Origin: Chlorobiota bacterium
GTDB lineage: Bacteria > Bacteroidota > Ignavibacteria > Kapaibacteriales > NICIL-2
Length of the DNA stretch: 64,000 nucleotides
Assembly: GCA_044228685.1 (NCBI GenBank)
Contig: JBGAUL010000006.1
Location: forward strand, 74,616 to 138,615
Reading direction: 5' to 3'
Shown here one piece after another: positions 21,272-31,677 of the stretch. Made by a program: the position numbers and the translations under genes. The notes beneath the pieces were generated by a model. It searched no databases. It saw only the letters and a program-made list of their open reading frames with translations, and was not told where the DNA came from. The stretch's first letter is position 1. Every line of letters starts with the position of its first letter.

Positions 21272-21571
21272 TTAGTGTTGCATTGAACCGACGATGTAGA
21301 AATATGTCATGAGAATAAATGCCAGTACGGCCGGTATCGACGAACAAATGACGGCCATTCGTGCACGTCCAAGACGAAATGCGATCCAGGAAAAAATGCT
21401 CAAGCTCAGCGGGATTATTGGATAGAAGCTGAATAACTCGCCGGCGCTAGCAATAGTGTGACCGCTTCGAGAAATGAAACTGATGAGCGTTCCCCAGAAG
21501 ATCAAGGACATGAGGGAAACTAGCTGCGTGAGGACGAGAATGATAAAGGTTTTTGATCGACGAGGAGCCAT
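21272..21571 (-). CDS. small 3-TM hypothetical membrane protein
   Basis: Hydrophobic 99-aa ORF ending 5 nt before the next gene's start. Confidence 0.6.
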   Translation of the reverse strand: MAPRRSKTFIILVLTQLVSLMSLIFWGTLISFISRSGHTIASAGELFSFYPIIPLSLSIFSWIAFRLGRARMAVICSSIPAVLAFILMTYFYIVGSMQH

Positions 21572-21593
21572 GCTACGGTTCTATAGGATAGAC

Positions 21594-21620
21594 GAAAGGG
21601 ACGAATTGCTCCGTCCCTTC
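21594..21620. terminator. hairpin downstream of gcvH (possible terminator)
   Basis: GAAAGGGACG...CGTCCCTTC inverted repeat; weak U-tract. Confidence 0.45.
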
Positions 21621-21710
21621 GCCTGCAAGTAGAATTGTGATTGAATGCAAACACGACACGGAGTCGTGTGACCAACGTCGCGTCGCACATCATGCGAGCG
21701 GCGCTGTCAT

Positions 21711-22091
21711 TTATTGACCGATGCTGGCCTTATATGCGTCAACATCCATCAACTCGTCGAGATCCGCAGGATTGGACAATTCAACTTTGATAATCCATCC
21801 TTCATTGTACGGATCTTGGTTTACTTTTTCCGGTGCATCGTTGAGTGCGCGATTGACTTCTAGAACTTTGCCGCTGCATGGTGCATACAAATCTGCAACC
21901 GTCTTCACAGCTTCAATTGTTCCAAAGCTCTCACCCTTCGTCAGTGTTTCGAGATCATCAGCAATATCAATGTACACGACATCGCCAAGTTCGCCTTGTG
22001 CGTGGTCGCTTACGCCAATCCAGCCAATATTGCCTTCAACGCGAATCCATTCATGATCTGTGGTGTACTTCAGTTTTTCTGGAAAGGTCAT
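21711..22091 (-). CDS. gcvH: glycine cleavage system H protein
   Basis: LKYTTDHEW, AQGELGDVVY, EAVKT lipoyl-Lys motif, VNQDPYNEGW. Confidence 0.96.
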   Translation of the reverse strand: MTFPEKLKYTTDHEWIRVEGNIGWIGVSDHAQGELGDVVYIDIADDLETLTKGESFGTIEAVKTVADLYAPCSGKVLEVNRALNDAPEKVNQDPYNEGWIIKVELSNPADLDELMDVDAYKASIGQ

Positions 22092-22206
22092 AGTGTTTCC
22101 TTGGTAAATACATTCTAATTCGTGCTGCGAATTTCGCAAAGAGACGTCAATGCGACGCTAAAATTTCTTCTGAAATGAAAGTTCGAAGCCAATGAATCTC
22201 TCCTTA

Positions 22207-24870
22207 TTAACGCTGCCGAGCTTCTTTGACCATCTCGGCTAGGGCTTGCATGGCTTGAAGTGGCGTCATGGAGTCGATTTCGAGTTCAGAAAGTCGCGTG
22301 CGTAAAACGTCATCCCGCATTTCAAACATGGACATTTGCACGTTATCATCGGCGGATCCGGCGCTTCTGCCCAAGGCGGAAGTCCTTGGCTTTCTGACCT
22401 TTGCGTGCTGTCCGCTCTCCGCACCCTCCATCAGCTGCGCATTGTTCTGCTCCAAAGTCCGAAGAATCTCGCGCGCTCGTTTCGTCACGCTCGGGGGAAG
22501 TCCAGCCATCTGCGCCACGTGAATTCCAAATGAATGGTCCGTAGCGCCACGACTTACGCGACGAGTGAAAATGATGTTGGATCCAATCTCCTTGACCTCG
22601 ACTTTGTAGCTGTGAATGCGCTCGAAGAGCTCCGATAAGTCATTGAGTTCATGATAGTGCGTGGCAAACAAAGTCTTGGCTCCGCAGTGTTCATGCAAGT
22701 ACTCAGCAATCGACCACGCAATACTGATGCCGTCGAAGGTTGCTGTGCCTCGACCAACTTCATCCAGCAAAATCAAACTCTTCTCTGTTGCATTGTGCAG
22801 AATATTGGCAGCCTCCTGCATCTCCACCAGGAAGGTACTCTCGCCTGAAGCCAAGTTGTCTTGAGCGCCAACGCGCGTGAAGATGCGATCGCACAGCGAC
22901 ACATTCGCTTTACGAGCGGGCACATAACAACCAAGTTGTGCAAGCAGAACGATGAGTCCGACTTGACGTAAGTAACACGACTTCCCCGCCATGTTAGGTC
23001 CGCTAATGATGTGTATCTGCTCAGCAGTAGTATCCAAGCGTGTGCTGTTCGGCACATAGTTCTGTCCTACGGGCAACAGCTTCTCTACCACCGGATGACG
23101 TCCATCCACAATCTCAAGCACGCCATCGTCGCTGAGCTCTGCTTCGCAGTAATCATTACGACGACTCACTGTTGCAAAGGACTGCAAGCAATCCAGCGTC
23201 GCGATGAGGTGGGCATTGCTTTGCAGTGCCACAGCCGATTGCGCGACGCTATTGCGCAACTCAGCAAAGAGTTGTTGCTCAAGACTTCCAATCTTCTCTT
23301 CCGCGGTCAGAATTTTCGTTTCAATATCCTTCAGCTCGGGCGTGATATATCGCTCAGCATTGGCCAAGGTTTGCTTGCGATCGAAGTGAGAAGGAACGCG
23401 GTTTTTGTGCGTGTTGGAGATTTCGATGTAGTAGCCAAAGACGTTGTTGAAACTGACTTTGAGGGTGGATATACCCGTCTCGTTTCTCATCTTTTCCTGA
23501 TACGAGGTCACCCAGTTCTTTCCTGAATACATCGCCTCACAATACTCATCAAGCGAAGCATTATATCCGGGTTTAAAAACTCCTCCGCTGCCAAAGTTGA
23601 TGCTTGGTTCATCGACAAGAGCATGATCGATAAGTGACACGACCTGACTGAGAGTATCAATCGAAGCAATCAGAGTTTGAATAGACGGAGCCGTCTGTAT
23701 TTGAACCAGTTGCTTGAGTCGTGGCAATGCACGAAGTGAATTACGAATTGCAATGACGTCGCGGGGCGTTGCTCGCATGGTGCAGACCTTTGCCGTCAAG
23801 CGCTCCAAGTCGGCAATGGTCGACAGTATCTCGCGCATGGCTTCGCAGAGATCTAGATCATTGACCAGGTTGCGGACGGCGGAGCTGCGAAATTGAATAC
23901 GGTCCATGCGACGCAGGGGACGCATGAGCCAGGCTCTGAGCAACCGACCTCCCATGGCTGTACAAGTATCATCAAGCACTCCAACTAGAGACGCATCGCG
24001 ATCGGATTGAGAGGAAGTGATTTCAAGATTTCTTCGCGTCGAGGCGTCCAGCATCATGGTATCGGTGCTGTCGTAGAGACGAAGCGAAGAGAAGTGCGCC
24101 ATGCGTCCCTGCTGCGTCTGCGCGATGTAGTGAATGAGCGCACCGGCAGCCGTAACAGCTAAACCAAGATCTTCGACACCAAACCCCTTGAGATTTTGCG
24201 TGCGGAATTGTTTTAACAGTGCCTCACGTCCGAACTGTTCTTCAAAAATCCAATCTTCAATTTTACTCAGCGCCGGTGACTGCGGAAGTTTTTGAATGAG
24301 CGGATTCATTGCTTCTACTGCTGATTTGGCAATGAGTATTTCGGCAGGTGCAATTGTTTCGAGCAAAGACTGTAGCATATCCTCAGCGATTTCACAGCAG
24401 GAGAATTCTGCGGTCGATGCATCGGCAAAGGCAAAGCCGACGAGCACGCTTCCGTCTTTTTGTGCGCGACGATGTACAGCACAGATGTAGGTATTGCGTC
24501 GCGCATCGAGCATTTTGTCGTAGAGCGCGACACCAGGCGTTACAACCTCAACGACGTCCCGTCGCACAATTCCACGCGCTTGCTTTGGATCTTCCAGTTG
24601 CTCACACACAGCGACGCGATAACCGGCACGAACAATCTTGGGTAGGTATGAGTCTAATTGATGATGCGGAAATCCGGCAAGGGGCATTTCACCCGATGAA
24701 CCGTTGTTGCGTTTGGTCAAGGTGATACCACAGACCTTGGCTGTGGTTACTGCATCCTCGCCAAAGGTCTCGAAAAAATCACCCAATCGAAACAACAGAA
24801 TTGTGTCAGGATGCCGGGCTTTGATCTGCGTGTATTGCCGCATGAGCGGCGTCTCTTTGTCCTTGCTCAT
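22207..24870 (-). CDS. mutS: DNA mismatch repair protein MutS
   Basis: TPLMRQY, FRLGDFFE, GPNMAGKS Walker A, STFLVEM, DEVGRGT, ATHYHEL. Confidence 0.98.
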   Translation of the reverse strand: MSKDKETPLMRQYTQIKARHPDTILLFRLGDFFETFGEDAVTTAKVCGITLTKRNNGSSGEMPLAGFPHHQLDSYLPKIVRAGYRVAVCEQLEDPKQARGIVRRDVVEVVTPGVALYDKMLDARRNTYICAVHRRAQKDGSVLVGFAFADASTAEFSCCEIAEDMLQSLLETIAPAEILIAKSAVEAMNPLIQKLPQSPALSKIEDWIFEEQFGREALLKQFRTQNLKGFGVEDLGLAVTAAGALIHYIAQTQQGRMAHFSSLRLYDSTDTMMLDASTRRNLEITSSQSDRDASLVGVLDDTCTAMGGRLLRAWLMRPLRRMDRIQFRSSAVRNLVNDLDLCEAMREILSTIADLERLTAKVCTMRATPRDVIAIRNSLRALPRLKQLVQIQTAPSIQTLIASIDTLSQVVSLIDHALVDEPSINFGSGGVFKPGYNASLDEYCEAMYSGKNWVTSYQEKMRNETGISTLKVSFNNVFGYYIEISNTHKNRVPSHFDRKQTLANAERYITPELKDIETKILTAEEKIGSLEQQLFAELRNSVAQSAVALQSNAHLIATLDCLQSFATVSRRNDYCEAELSDDGVLEIVDGRHPVVEKLLPVGQNYVPNSTRLDTTAEQIHIISGPNMAGKSCYLRQVGLIVLLAQLGCYVPARKANVSLCDRIFTRVGAQDNLASGESTFLVEMQEAANILHNATEKSLILLDEVGRGTATFDGISIAWSIAEYLHEHCGAKTLFATHYHELNDLSELFERIHSYKVEVKEIGSNIIFTRRVSRGATDHSFGIHVAQMAGLPPSVTKRAREILRTLEQNNAQLMEGAESGQHAKVRKPRTSALGRSAGSADDNVQMSMFEMRDDVLRTRLSELEIDSMTPLQAMQALAEMVKEARQR

Positions 24871-24968
24871 TCTACGAAAATAGCTGAGCGACGAACCCGA
24901 AGAGGATGAAAAAGAGCGATGTGGCTCAAGAGAATTTCCACATCTCTAAACTTTTACACACATGTCAG

Positions 24969-25490
24969 TTAGAGATAACGCATGATAGCCATCATGACAA
25001 CCGTTGAGGTGATGACAATAGCCAAAACGTTGGTGGCTTTCATCATGCGGTTTCGAAGTGCCATGAGTTGTTGGGCTTGCTCAGGACTCGGAGCCTGACC
25101 GGATGCCGCAATCTGAGCGCCTAATTTTCCCAATTTCTTCGCAGTTGGAAGATTGAAAAAGGTGGCGATACAGTATGAGATAATTCCCAAGATTCCACCG
25201 ATAGTCATGAGAGTGGCGTGCCTGGACGAGAAAAATGCTGCCTCCAAACTGCTGGTTGAAATGTAATACAACCACAATCCGCTCAGAATTGTCAGGGTAC
25301 TCAGAAAGGTCATCACTTGCGGCAAGCGACGTGTGCGCGGCAATTGCTGCATGAAAGGCGCTCCGGCCGGACCAATCGCCTGAACTGCGGGAAGCACGAA
25401 CCATGCGAGGTAGCAAGCGGCACCTGCCCAAAACGCGCCGGTTGTGATGTGAATGAGTCGCAAGACCGTCATGAGAAAAGCATAATCCAT
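24969..25490 (-). CDS. 4-TM hypothetical membrane protein (CopD/DUF2269-like)
   Basis: LRLIHITTGAFWAG TM1 His motif, ILSGLWLY; four hydrophobic segments. Confidence 0.65.
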   Translation of the reverse strand: MDYAFLMTVLRLIHITTGAFWAGAACYLAWFVLPAVQAIGPAGAPFMQQLPRTRRLPQVMTFLSTLTILSGLWLYYISTSSLEAAFFSSRHATLMTIGGILGIISYCIATFFNLPTAKKLGKLGAQIAASGQAPSPEQAQQLMALRNRMMKATNVLAIVITSTVVMMAIMRYL

Positions 25491-25635
25491 TGGAAATCTC
25501 CTGTGAAATTGTCTAACAAATTTTCAGTTCGATGAATGAGCGAGCTTTGAAGAATCGCGCGTTTGATCAAGAAGACTGTGCTTGATTCTAATTATCAAAA
25601 ATGAGTTTCCAGGCGATCTTCTATCGCCTGAAGGA

Positions 25636-26160
25636 CTAAGCATGTTGTTCCAGCACTGCAAGAACGTCGCGTAAATGAGCGACGATAAAATCTGCTTGAG
25701 GAATGTTGCTGTAGTCTCCAACCAGAATCGTTCTCACTCCTGCTGTTTTACCGGCAACGACGTCTGAGATGGAATCTCCGATCATCCATGAACTGTGGGC
25801 ATCGATGCCGAAAGTGTGGATGGCTTCGAAGAGCATTCCGGGAGCGGGTTTGCGGCGCATGCTGTTTGATTCGGCGGCGTCGCTGCAGTAGTAGACTTCA
25901 TCGAAACCGCGGTGATAGCGAGCGAATAAACGCGATTGCATGTGACGAGTAACGCGGACGAGATCTGCACCCGTCATAAGACCTTTGGCTATGCCTTGTT
26001 GATTAGACACGACGAAACTCATGTAACCCTTTTGAGATGCAAACTCAAAGAGTGCAAAGAAGTCATCGAGGAATTCAAATTCTTCGACTGTCTTGACATA
26101 GTCCCCTACAAGCCGCTTATTGACGATTCCGTCGCGGTCAAAAAATATCGCTGATTTCAT
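25636..26160 (-). CDS. gmhB: HAD-IIIA phosphatase, GmhB/HisB-N-like
   Basis: FFDRDG, VSNQQGI, RKPAPGM, MIGDSISD. Confidence 0.8.
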   Translation of the reverse strand: MKSAIFFDRDGIVNKRLVGDYVKTVEEFEFLDDFFALFEFASQKGYMSFVVSNQQGIAKGLMTGADLVRVTRHMQSRLFARYHRGFDEVYYCSDAAESNSMRRKPAPGMLFEAIHTFGIDAHSSWMIGDSISDVVAGKTAGVRTILVGDYSNIPQADFIVAHLRDVLAVLEQHA

Positions 26161-26176
26161 CCTGCCTTATCGCTTG

Positions 26177-27196
26177 TCAGTCGTCGAACAAGTCGCGCTG
26201 ACGTTGAATTTTCAATCCGAAATGCTTATACGCGAGCTCCGTAGCCTCACGTCCCCTGGGTGTTCTCTGCATGAAGCCTTGCTGAATCAAATATGGCTCA
26301 TACACTTCTTCGATTGTCCCCGTTTCTTCACCGACAGCGACGGCCAAAGTATTCAATCCTACCGGACCGCCATCAAACTTTTCAATAATACTGAGTAAAA
26401 TTCTCTTGTCCATATCATCGAATCCAAACTCATCAACCTCTAAGGCAGCAAGAGCCATCGTTGCTATCTCACGAGTGATTACGCCGTTTCCTTTTACGTC
26501 AGCGAAGTCGCGAGTACGACGTAGAAGCCGGTTAGCAATACGCGGCGTTCCGCGTGAACGACGTGAAATCTCAATCGCTCCTTCATCATCGATTTCTGCA
26601 CCAAGAATTTCAGCTGAGCGCATGACGATGTGGAAGAGATCGGGAGGTTGATAATAATCCAGGCGACTCGTGACGCCAAAGCGAGAGCGCAGCGGTGCTG
26701 TAAGCGAACCTGCGCGCGTTGTTGCACCTATGAGGGTGAAACGCGGAATGGAGAGTTGAACGGAACGTGCAGCCGGACCGGAGTCAATCATGATATCCAG
26801 TCGGAAGTCCTCCATTGCAGAATACAAGTACTCCTCAACCACCGGTGACAAACGATGGATTTCATCGATGAAGAGAATGTCGCGTTCGTTGAGATTGGTG
26901 AGAAGACCTGCAAGATCACCGGGCTTTTCCAGAACCGGACCGGAGGTCGTCTTGATTTCTGAGCCAAGTTCTTTGGCGATGATGTAGCTGAGGGTGGTTT
27001 TGCCGAGTCCCGGCGGACCGGTAAGCAGCACGTGATCGAGTGCTTCACCGCGTTTGAGGGCTGCGCTAATGTAGACCTTGAGGTTGTCCACGATACGACC
27101 TTGACCCGTGAACTCATCGAATCGCGAGGGTCTGAGTGTTAGGTCGTTATCATCCTCATGACGGTCCGACCGTGTCATTGCTGAGTGTCTATCCAT
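26177..27196 (-). CDS. ruvB: Holliday junction branch migration ATPase RuvB
   Basis: [42 protein letters not shown]. Confidence 0.98.
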   Translation of the reverse strand: MDRHSAMTRSDRHEDDNDLTLRPSRFDEFTGQGRIVDNLKVYISAALKRGEALDHVLLTGPPGLGKTTLSYIIAKELGSEIKTTSGPVLEKPGDLAGLLTNLNERDILFIDEIHRLSPVVEEYLYSAMEDFRLDIMIDSGPAARSVQLSIPRFTLIGATTRAGSLTAPLRSRFGVTSRLDYYQPPDLFHIVMRSAEILGAEIDDEGAIEISRRSRGTPRIANRLLRRTRDFADVKGNGVITREIATMALAALEVDEFGFDDMDKRILLSIIEKFDGGPVGLNTLAVAVGEETGTIEEVYEPYLIQQGFMQRTPRGREATELAYKHFGLKIQRQRDLFDD

Positions 27197-27205
27197 ATCA
27201 GCGCG

Positions 27206-28237
27206 TTAATTCTCGTTGACAGAATCTGATGTGGTCTTGATGCCTTCACTTAAACCTTGAGCAGCACCATCCTGAGCTTGAGCTTCTCGTTCTTTGCGCA
27301 GCTTCACCGGACAGTAACTTTTCCCGTCGCGAATACAATCATGCGGACAAGGAATTGCATAAATCCGCGTAATCGCATTTGCATACTTCACGCGAATTGA
27401 GTCCTGCATTGTCTTCTCAACCGGATAGGCTTGTTCGAAGGTGTAATCGAAAGGCATGATCACATCAATCTCAACAAACATATCCTTTCCTGATTGTCGG
27501 GTATGCACGTTTTTAAACTCGCAAAAGCTTGAGATGTTCTCCGACACAACGGCCAGAATATCGAATTGAACTTCATCGGGTAAAGTTCGATCGAGCAATT
27601 GATTGATAGCATCGCGACCATGCTTCAAGGGAATACGCAAAGCCAGAAGCAGCACTGCGATAGCACTTACGGCATCGCTGACTCGAGCATAGGTTGTGTG
27701 GTGTGTGCTGAAGAACAACCAACCTGCACCCAATCCAAGAACCACCCAGATTTCCATTACCGTATCGGTGCGCCATACGTCGGCGTCATAATTCAACATG
27801 GGCATGTTGAATCGCTTGGCACGTCGGGACTGCACCCGTGAAATCGTGTGCACGAATGCCAACGAGAAAACCGAAAAGATGATCAGCACGGGATAGTTCT
27901 GCGTCACTACGCCATGACTATAGTCGACGAAGGATTGTCGAACCGTAAAGCCAAAGGTGATCAAGAGCAAAGTGGCGCTGAGAAGCAAGGCCAGTGACTC
28001 GTATTTACCGTAACCGTAGTTGTAGATGTAATCTGGAGAGCGAATACTCCTGTTAACAGCTGCTACCAGCACCAACGAATTAACAATGTCGATGGCAGCA
28101 ACAATACCATTGGTACGAACTGCAAGCGATTCTTCGCTAAGTCCCAACGCGATACCTCCGATAGCCAGCACAACACAGGCTAAGAGCGACAAAACAGCGC
28201 TGCTTTGGGGGGAATTTCGTGTAAAGAGTGTTTTCAT
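27206..28237 (-). CDS. cation diffusion facilitator (CDF/FieF-like) transporter
   Basis: 6 TMs, SPD..YNYGYGKYE motif, LLD, C-terminal ZT dimer-like domain (HTRQSG..FVEID). Confidence 0.85.
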   Translation of the reverse strand: MKTLFTRNSPQSSAVLSLLACVVLAIGGIALGLSEESLAVRTNGIVAAIDIVNSLVLVAAVNRSIRSPDYIYNYGYGKYESLALLLSATLLLITFGFTVRQSFVDYSHGVVTQNYPVLIIFSVFSLAFVHTISRVQSRRAKRFNMPMLNYDADVWRTDTVMEIWVVLGLGAGWLFFSTHHTTYARVSDAVSAIAVLLLALRIPLKHGRDAINQLLDRTLPDEVQFDILAVVSENISSFCEFKNVHTRQSGKDMFVEIDVIMPFDYTFEQAYPVEKTMQDSIRVKYANAITRIYAIPCPHDCIRDGKSYCPVKLRKEREAQAQDGAAQGLSEGIKTTSDSVNEN

Positions 28238-28378
28238 CAGAATGCTGCCTGTTCAAAAATAGGATGTTCGGCGCATCTCTGGTGTGTTTTGACAAAGTCG
28301 ATGACGAATTGTCGGCAAGGATTGCAGCTAAAAAAAGGGAGCGTCCGAATGCAAAGACGCGCACTGAGCTGCATGCAT

Positions 28379-28414
28379 AAAAAAAAAGACCCGTCGATGT
28401 GTACCAACGGGTCT
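28379..28414 (-). terminator. intrinsic terminator
   Basis: AGACCCGT...ACGGGTCT stem with A9 on + side. Confidence 0.85.
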
Positions 28415-28433
28415 ATACAATTTCTCAGAAAGC

Positions 28434-28622
28434 TTACTTAGCTTCTGTTTCCGAGCTCTTCATATTCTGCACTTCGGTACGAATATCAGCGCATACTTTG
28501 CGCAATTCCTGCATGTGTTTACGCACGCGGGTGCCGGCTGCCTTGTTACCCTTGTCGTAAAATTTTGAAAAGTCGCCTTCAAAACTTTGTACGAGGTTGA
28601 CTAAGCTCTCAAAACGTGACAT
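28434..28622 (-). CDS. histone H1-like (Hc1 N-terminal domain) small protein, 62 aa
   Basis: KFYDKGNKAAGTRVRKHMQELRK signature; SD-like GGAG just upstream; start moved to MSRFES. Confidence 0.85.
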   Translation of the reverse strand: MSRFESLVNLVQSFEGDFSKFYDKGNKAAGTRVRKHMQELRKVCADIRTEVQNMKSSETEAK

Positions 28623-28638
28623 GAAAACTCCAAGAAGA

Positions 28639-31557
28639 TTAAGGTAAAACAATAAAGGGTTTAACGAAGATTCCACTTGGCGTATGCAGTCGAACGAAAT
28701 ATGTTCCCCCGCCCAGACCAACGTGTCCTGCATCCTGAATCAACGAATTCAGTGCAAATATATACGTTCCCGCGGATTTCTGCTGATTATTTGCAGAATG
28801 TGCAATAACCGCCCCTAAGGCGTCAATTATCTCAAAATCAAAGGAAGTTGACTCATTGAGACGAATTTCAATGCTTGCTTGGTCCAGATTGGCAGGCATC
28901 GGACGGACGCTAAGTGCCGGTCCACCTAGATTCTCGCCTTCCGAAACATCCGTAACAGGCATCGCATCACGAGCCGCTTTAGCAGCCACTTTGAGCTCTT
29001 CCAGGTTGTTTCCCGCGAAAATGCTGAAGGCTACGCGAACGGTTTCTTGACTCTGCATTGGGAAAGGACCAGCCCCGATTACTGCCGAAATATCAGTGAT
29101 GTTCGAGTGCGTGCGAGCAATGCCGCTCGACAAAGTCATAAATTTTTCGTCGGCTGTGTAATTGTCGTAGACGCCAGGATTATCCTGCGTGGTTCCGTCA
29201 TTGTCCATCATAAACACATTCAGCTTCTGCGGCGTTAAGAGTTGCATTCCAACCCAAGGAAGGTTGTTGTGCGCCGTTGCTCTCACGTAGTAGAAGCCCA
29301 GTTGTTCGTCGTAGATCGCTTCGTTGTTCTGACCCGAGTTGTCGATATCCCAATCGGCATAAATTCCGGCATACATCGCTTTCACGGGCTGAGGATCGAT
29401 ATTAGTGATGTCGTAGGTGGTGATTACGAAGTTATCTCGACCGTTTCCGTTGTACTGCAAAACGTTTTGCTTGACACTGACGTGAGCCTCGCCGATTCCC
29501 TCGATAGTCGGACCGTGATCCACAAACTCGGTTTGACATTGTGCATTTGCCAGCGTTCCCGGAGTAGCTAATGAGACAGGTACCTTCAAGTGGAAAGCAC
29601 TATCCTGAGTCGATGCAGGATTTCCGCGTACAACATCAGATAGATTGTCAGCTGAAGAAGCTACCATCAATCCCGCTTCAAACAAGAAACTCGAACTTCC
29701 CTTGTAGCGCATTCCTTCACCCTGAAAATTGCCTGAGTAGTCATTGTAGCCAAAGTTTCCACGACTGTTGACGGTAATTGTGATGTTATTCGATGACATT
29801 GTGCGGTATGTAGGCTTAACGACCATGGTAACGCTGCTGCGTCCTACAACGGTTGTATCCTCATAGACCAGAGCATCAAAACTCAAGGTAGCATTTTCTG
29901 CAACGTTTGCGGGAACTGTAAACTTATATGCGGCCGGAGTCGGCTTCACCTCACCTCGAGTCATCGGCCCAATCAACTGATCGCTGACACTCAGGCTAAC
30001 CTTTGCACTTCCATCACTTGGAGCTAACACAACATGTACTTTAGACAGATCGGAGAGTTGATTTTGGACAGTTGGGATAATGCTGATCACATTTCCTTGA
30101 TCAAACACACCATCACCATCGGCGTCATTGACTGTAAATGACACTATATCGGCGATCTTGTAAGTGCCAGGCGTAACGGCTCTGAGTGCATTTACACGTC
30201 CGTTGCCGGTCTTGTACATCCACGCCTGTCCGCGATTTCCATTTTTATTGTCAATTACATCTGCTGAAGCACGAAGCACCGCGGAGACTTGACCAGGCGT
30301 GTAACTAGGATATTTCAGTCGTACCAAAGCGGCCGCACCTGCAACGCAAGGACAGGCCATCGACGTTCCGTCGAGATAGGTGTACTGACCTCCGGGTATA
30401 GTCGAGAGAATAAACTGTCCCGGGGCTGAAATACCAACATAGGTTCCGTAATTCGAAAAGCTAGATTTCACGTCGTTACGACCAACTGATGCCACAGCTA
30501 AAACACCTTTGTAAGCTCCGGGATAAAAAAGTTGTTCAACCCCTTCATTTCCGGCTGCAACAACAATGAGAGATCCGAGTTTGGTAGCAGCCGTAATGAC
30601 ATCTTGCTCGCCTTGAGAACGAGCACCACCACCCCAGCTACAACTAATGACTCCTGCACCCATTGCCGCTGCATATGCAACACCTTCGTAAGAACGTGTG
30701 AGCGTATCACTTTCGGTTCCAATTTTGACTGGAAGTATAGATGCACGATGGCACATACCGGCTATTCCCAACTTGTTGTTTACAGCCGCACCCGCGATGC
30801 CCGCACAGTGAGTTCCATGAAGATATCCGGGCTTTGGATCATTGTCACCGCTTGCGCCAACCATAACACCCGCAAAATCCCATCCGTGCCAGTCATCGAC
30901 AAAACCATTGTTATCATCATCAACGCCGTTAGTTCTCTTGTCACGTCCGAGTGAATCTAATCCGGTCTCACCAGGATTTGAATAGATTACCGATTTGAGA
31001 TCTTCGTGATTGTAATCAACTCCTGTATCCACGATAGCAATGAGCGCTGTGGATGTTCCCGGCAATTGATCCCAAGCGTCAGTAGCTTTGGTGTTTTTTA
31101 CATAGTACTGACCAAGATCACTAAAGAGTGTATCATTTGGCGTGAATGTCGTGTAGCGCATAGGTACTCGCTCCACGTACTCAATAAAACCAAGATTCTT
31201 CATCTTGTTGATGAGCAAATCGAGATTAAGTACTTGGGGTACATGAACGATGGCGATGTGACCTAAATCTTCAATCGGATTGTCAAGACTGAGGGTAGTC
31301 ATCTGTTCGTGATACTTCTTGCGAAGTGCCGTCATGGTCGCATCGCTGATATAAGCTTCGGTGCTATGCATTCCGACAAAGGAGCTGAGTTCACTAATTT
31401 GACCCCGTCGATTCGATTCTAACCAGCGCTCGAGCTGTTCAGTGTGCGCCTTGAATTTTACTACAAAGACGCCCGGTGCGTATTGCGCGCGATCTGTTGC
31501 GCGAGCAATTATAACACAACAAAGCAGTCCGAGAACTATGAGTCCAAGTCTTTTCAT
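28639..31557 (-). CDS. secreted subtilisin-like (S8) serine protease with C-terminal beta domains and T9SS-type CTD
   Basis: Triad IVDTGVD / HGTHCAG / GTSMACP; DDDNNGFVDD Ca loop; signal peptide MKRLGL; GTYFVRL...KPFIVLP C-terminus. Confidence 0.93.
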   Translation of the reverse strand: MKRLGLIVLGLLCCVIIARATDRAQYAPGVFVVKFKAHTEQLERWLESNRRGQISELSSFVGMHSTEAYISDATMTALRKKYHEQMTTLSLDNPIEDLGHIAIVHVPQVLNLDLLINKMKNLGFIEYVERVPMRYTTFTPNDTLFSDLGQYYVKNTKATDAWDQLPGTSTALIAIVDTGVDYNHEDLKSVIYSNPGETGLDSLGRDKRTNGVDDDNNGFVDDWHGWDFAGVMVGASGDNDPKPGYLHGTHCAGIAGAAVNNKLGIAGMCHRASILPVKIGTESDTLTRSYEGVAYAAAMGAGVISCSWGGGARSQGEQDVITAATKLGSLIVVAAGNEGVEQLFYPGAYKGVLAVASVGRNDVKSSFSNYGTYVGISAPGQFILSTIPGGQYTYLDGTSMACPCVAGAAALVRLKYPSYTPGQVSAVLRASADVIDNKNGNRGQAWMYKTGNGRVNALRAVTPGTYKIADIVSFTVNDADGDGVFDQGNVISIIPTVQNQLSDLSKVHVVLAPSDGSAKVSLSVSDQLIGPMTRGEVKPTPAAYKFTVPANVAENATLSFDALVYEDTTVVGRSSVTMVVKPTYRTMSSNNITITVNSRGNFGYNDYSGNFQGEGMRYKGSSSFLFEAGLMVASSADNLSDVVRGNPASTQDSAFHLKVPVSLATPGTLANAQCQTEFVDHGPTIEGIGEAHVSVKQNVLQYNGNGRDNFVITTYDITNIDPQPVKAMYAGIYADWDIDNSGQNNEAIYDEQLGFYYVRATAHNNLPWVGMQLLTPQKLNVFMMDNDGTTQDNPGVYDNYTADEKFMTLSSGIARTHSNITDISAVIGAGPFPMQSQETVRVAFSIFAGNNLEELKVAAKAARDAMPVTDVSEGENLGGPALSVRPMPANLDQASIEIRLNESTSFDFEIIDALGAVIAHSANNQQKSAGTYIFALNSLIQDAGHVGLGGGTYFVRLHTPSGIFVKPFIVLP

Positions 31558-31677
31558 GTACTTCCTGGGATAAATCGATACGACAAACTGGAGGAATGGC
31601 AAATATACCCTGAGCTATGATCTCCACATGATGAATAAACCGCTCTTTTTCAAAGAGTTTCATACACTTCCACTTCA

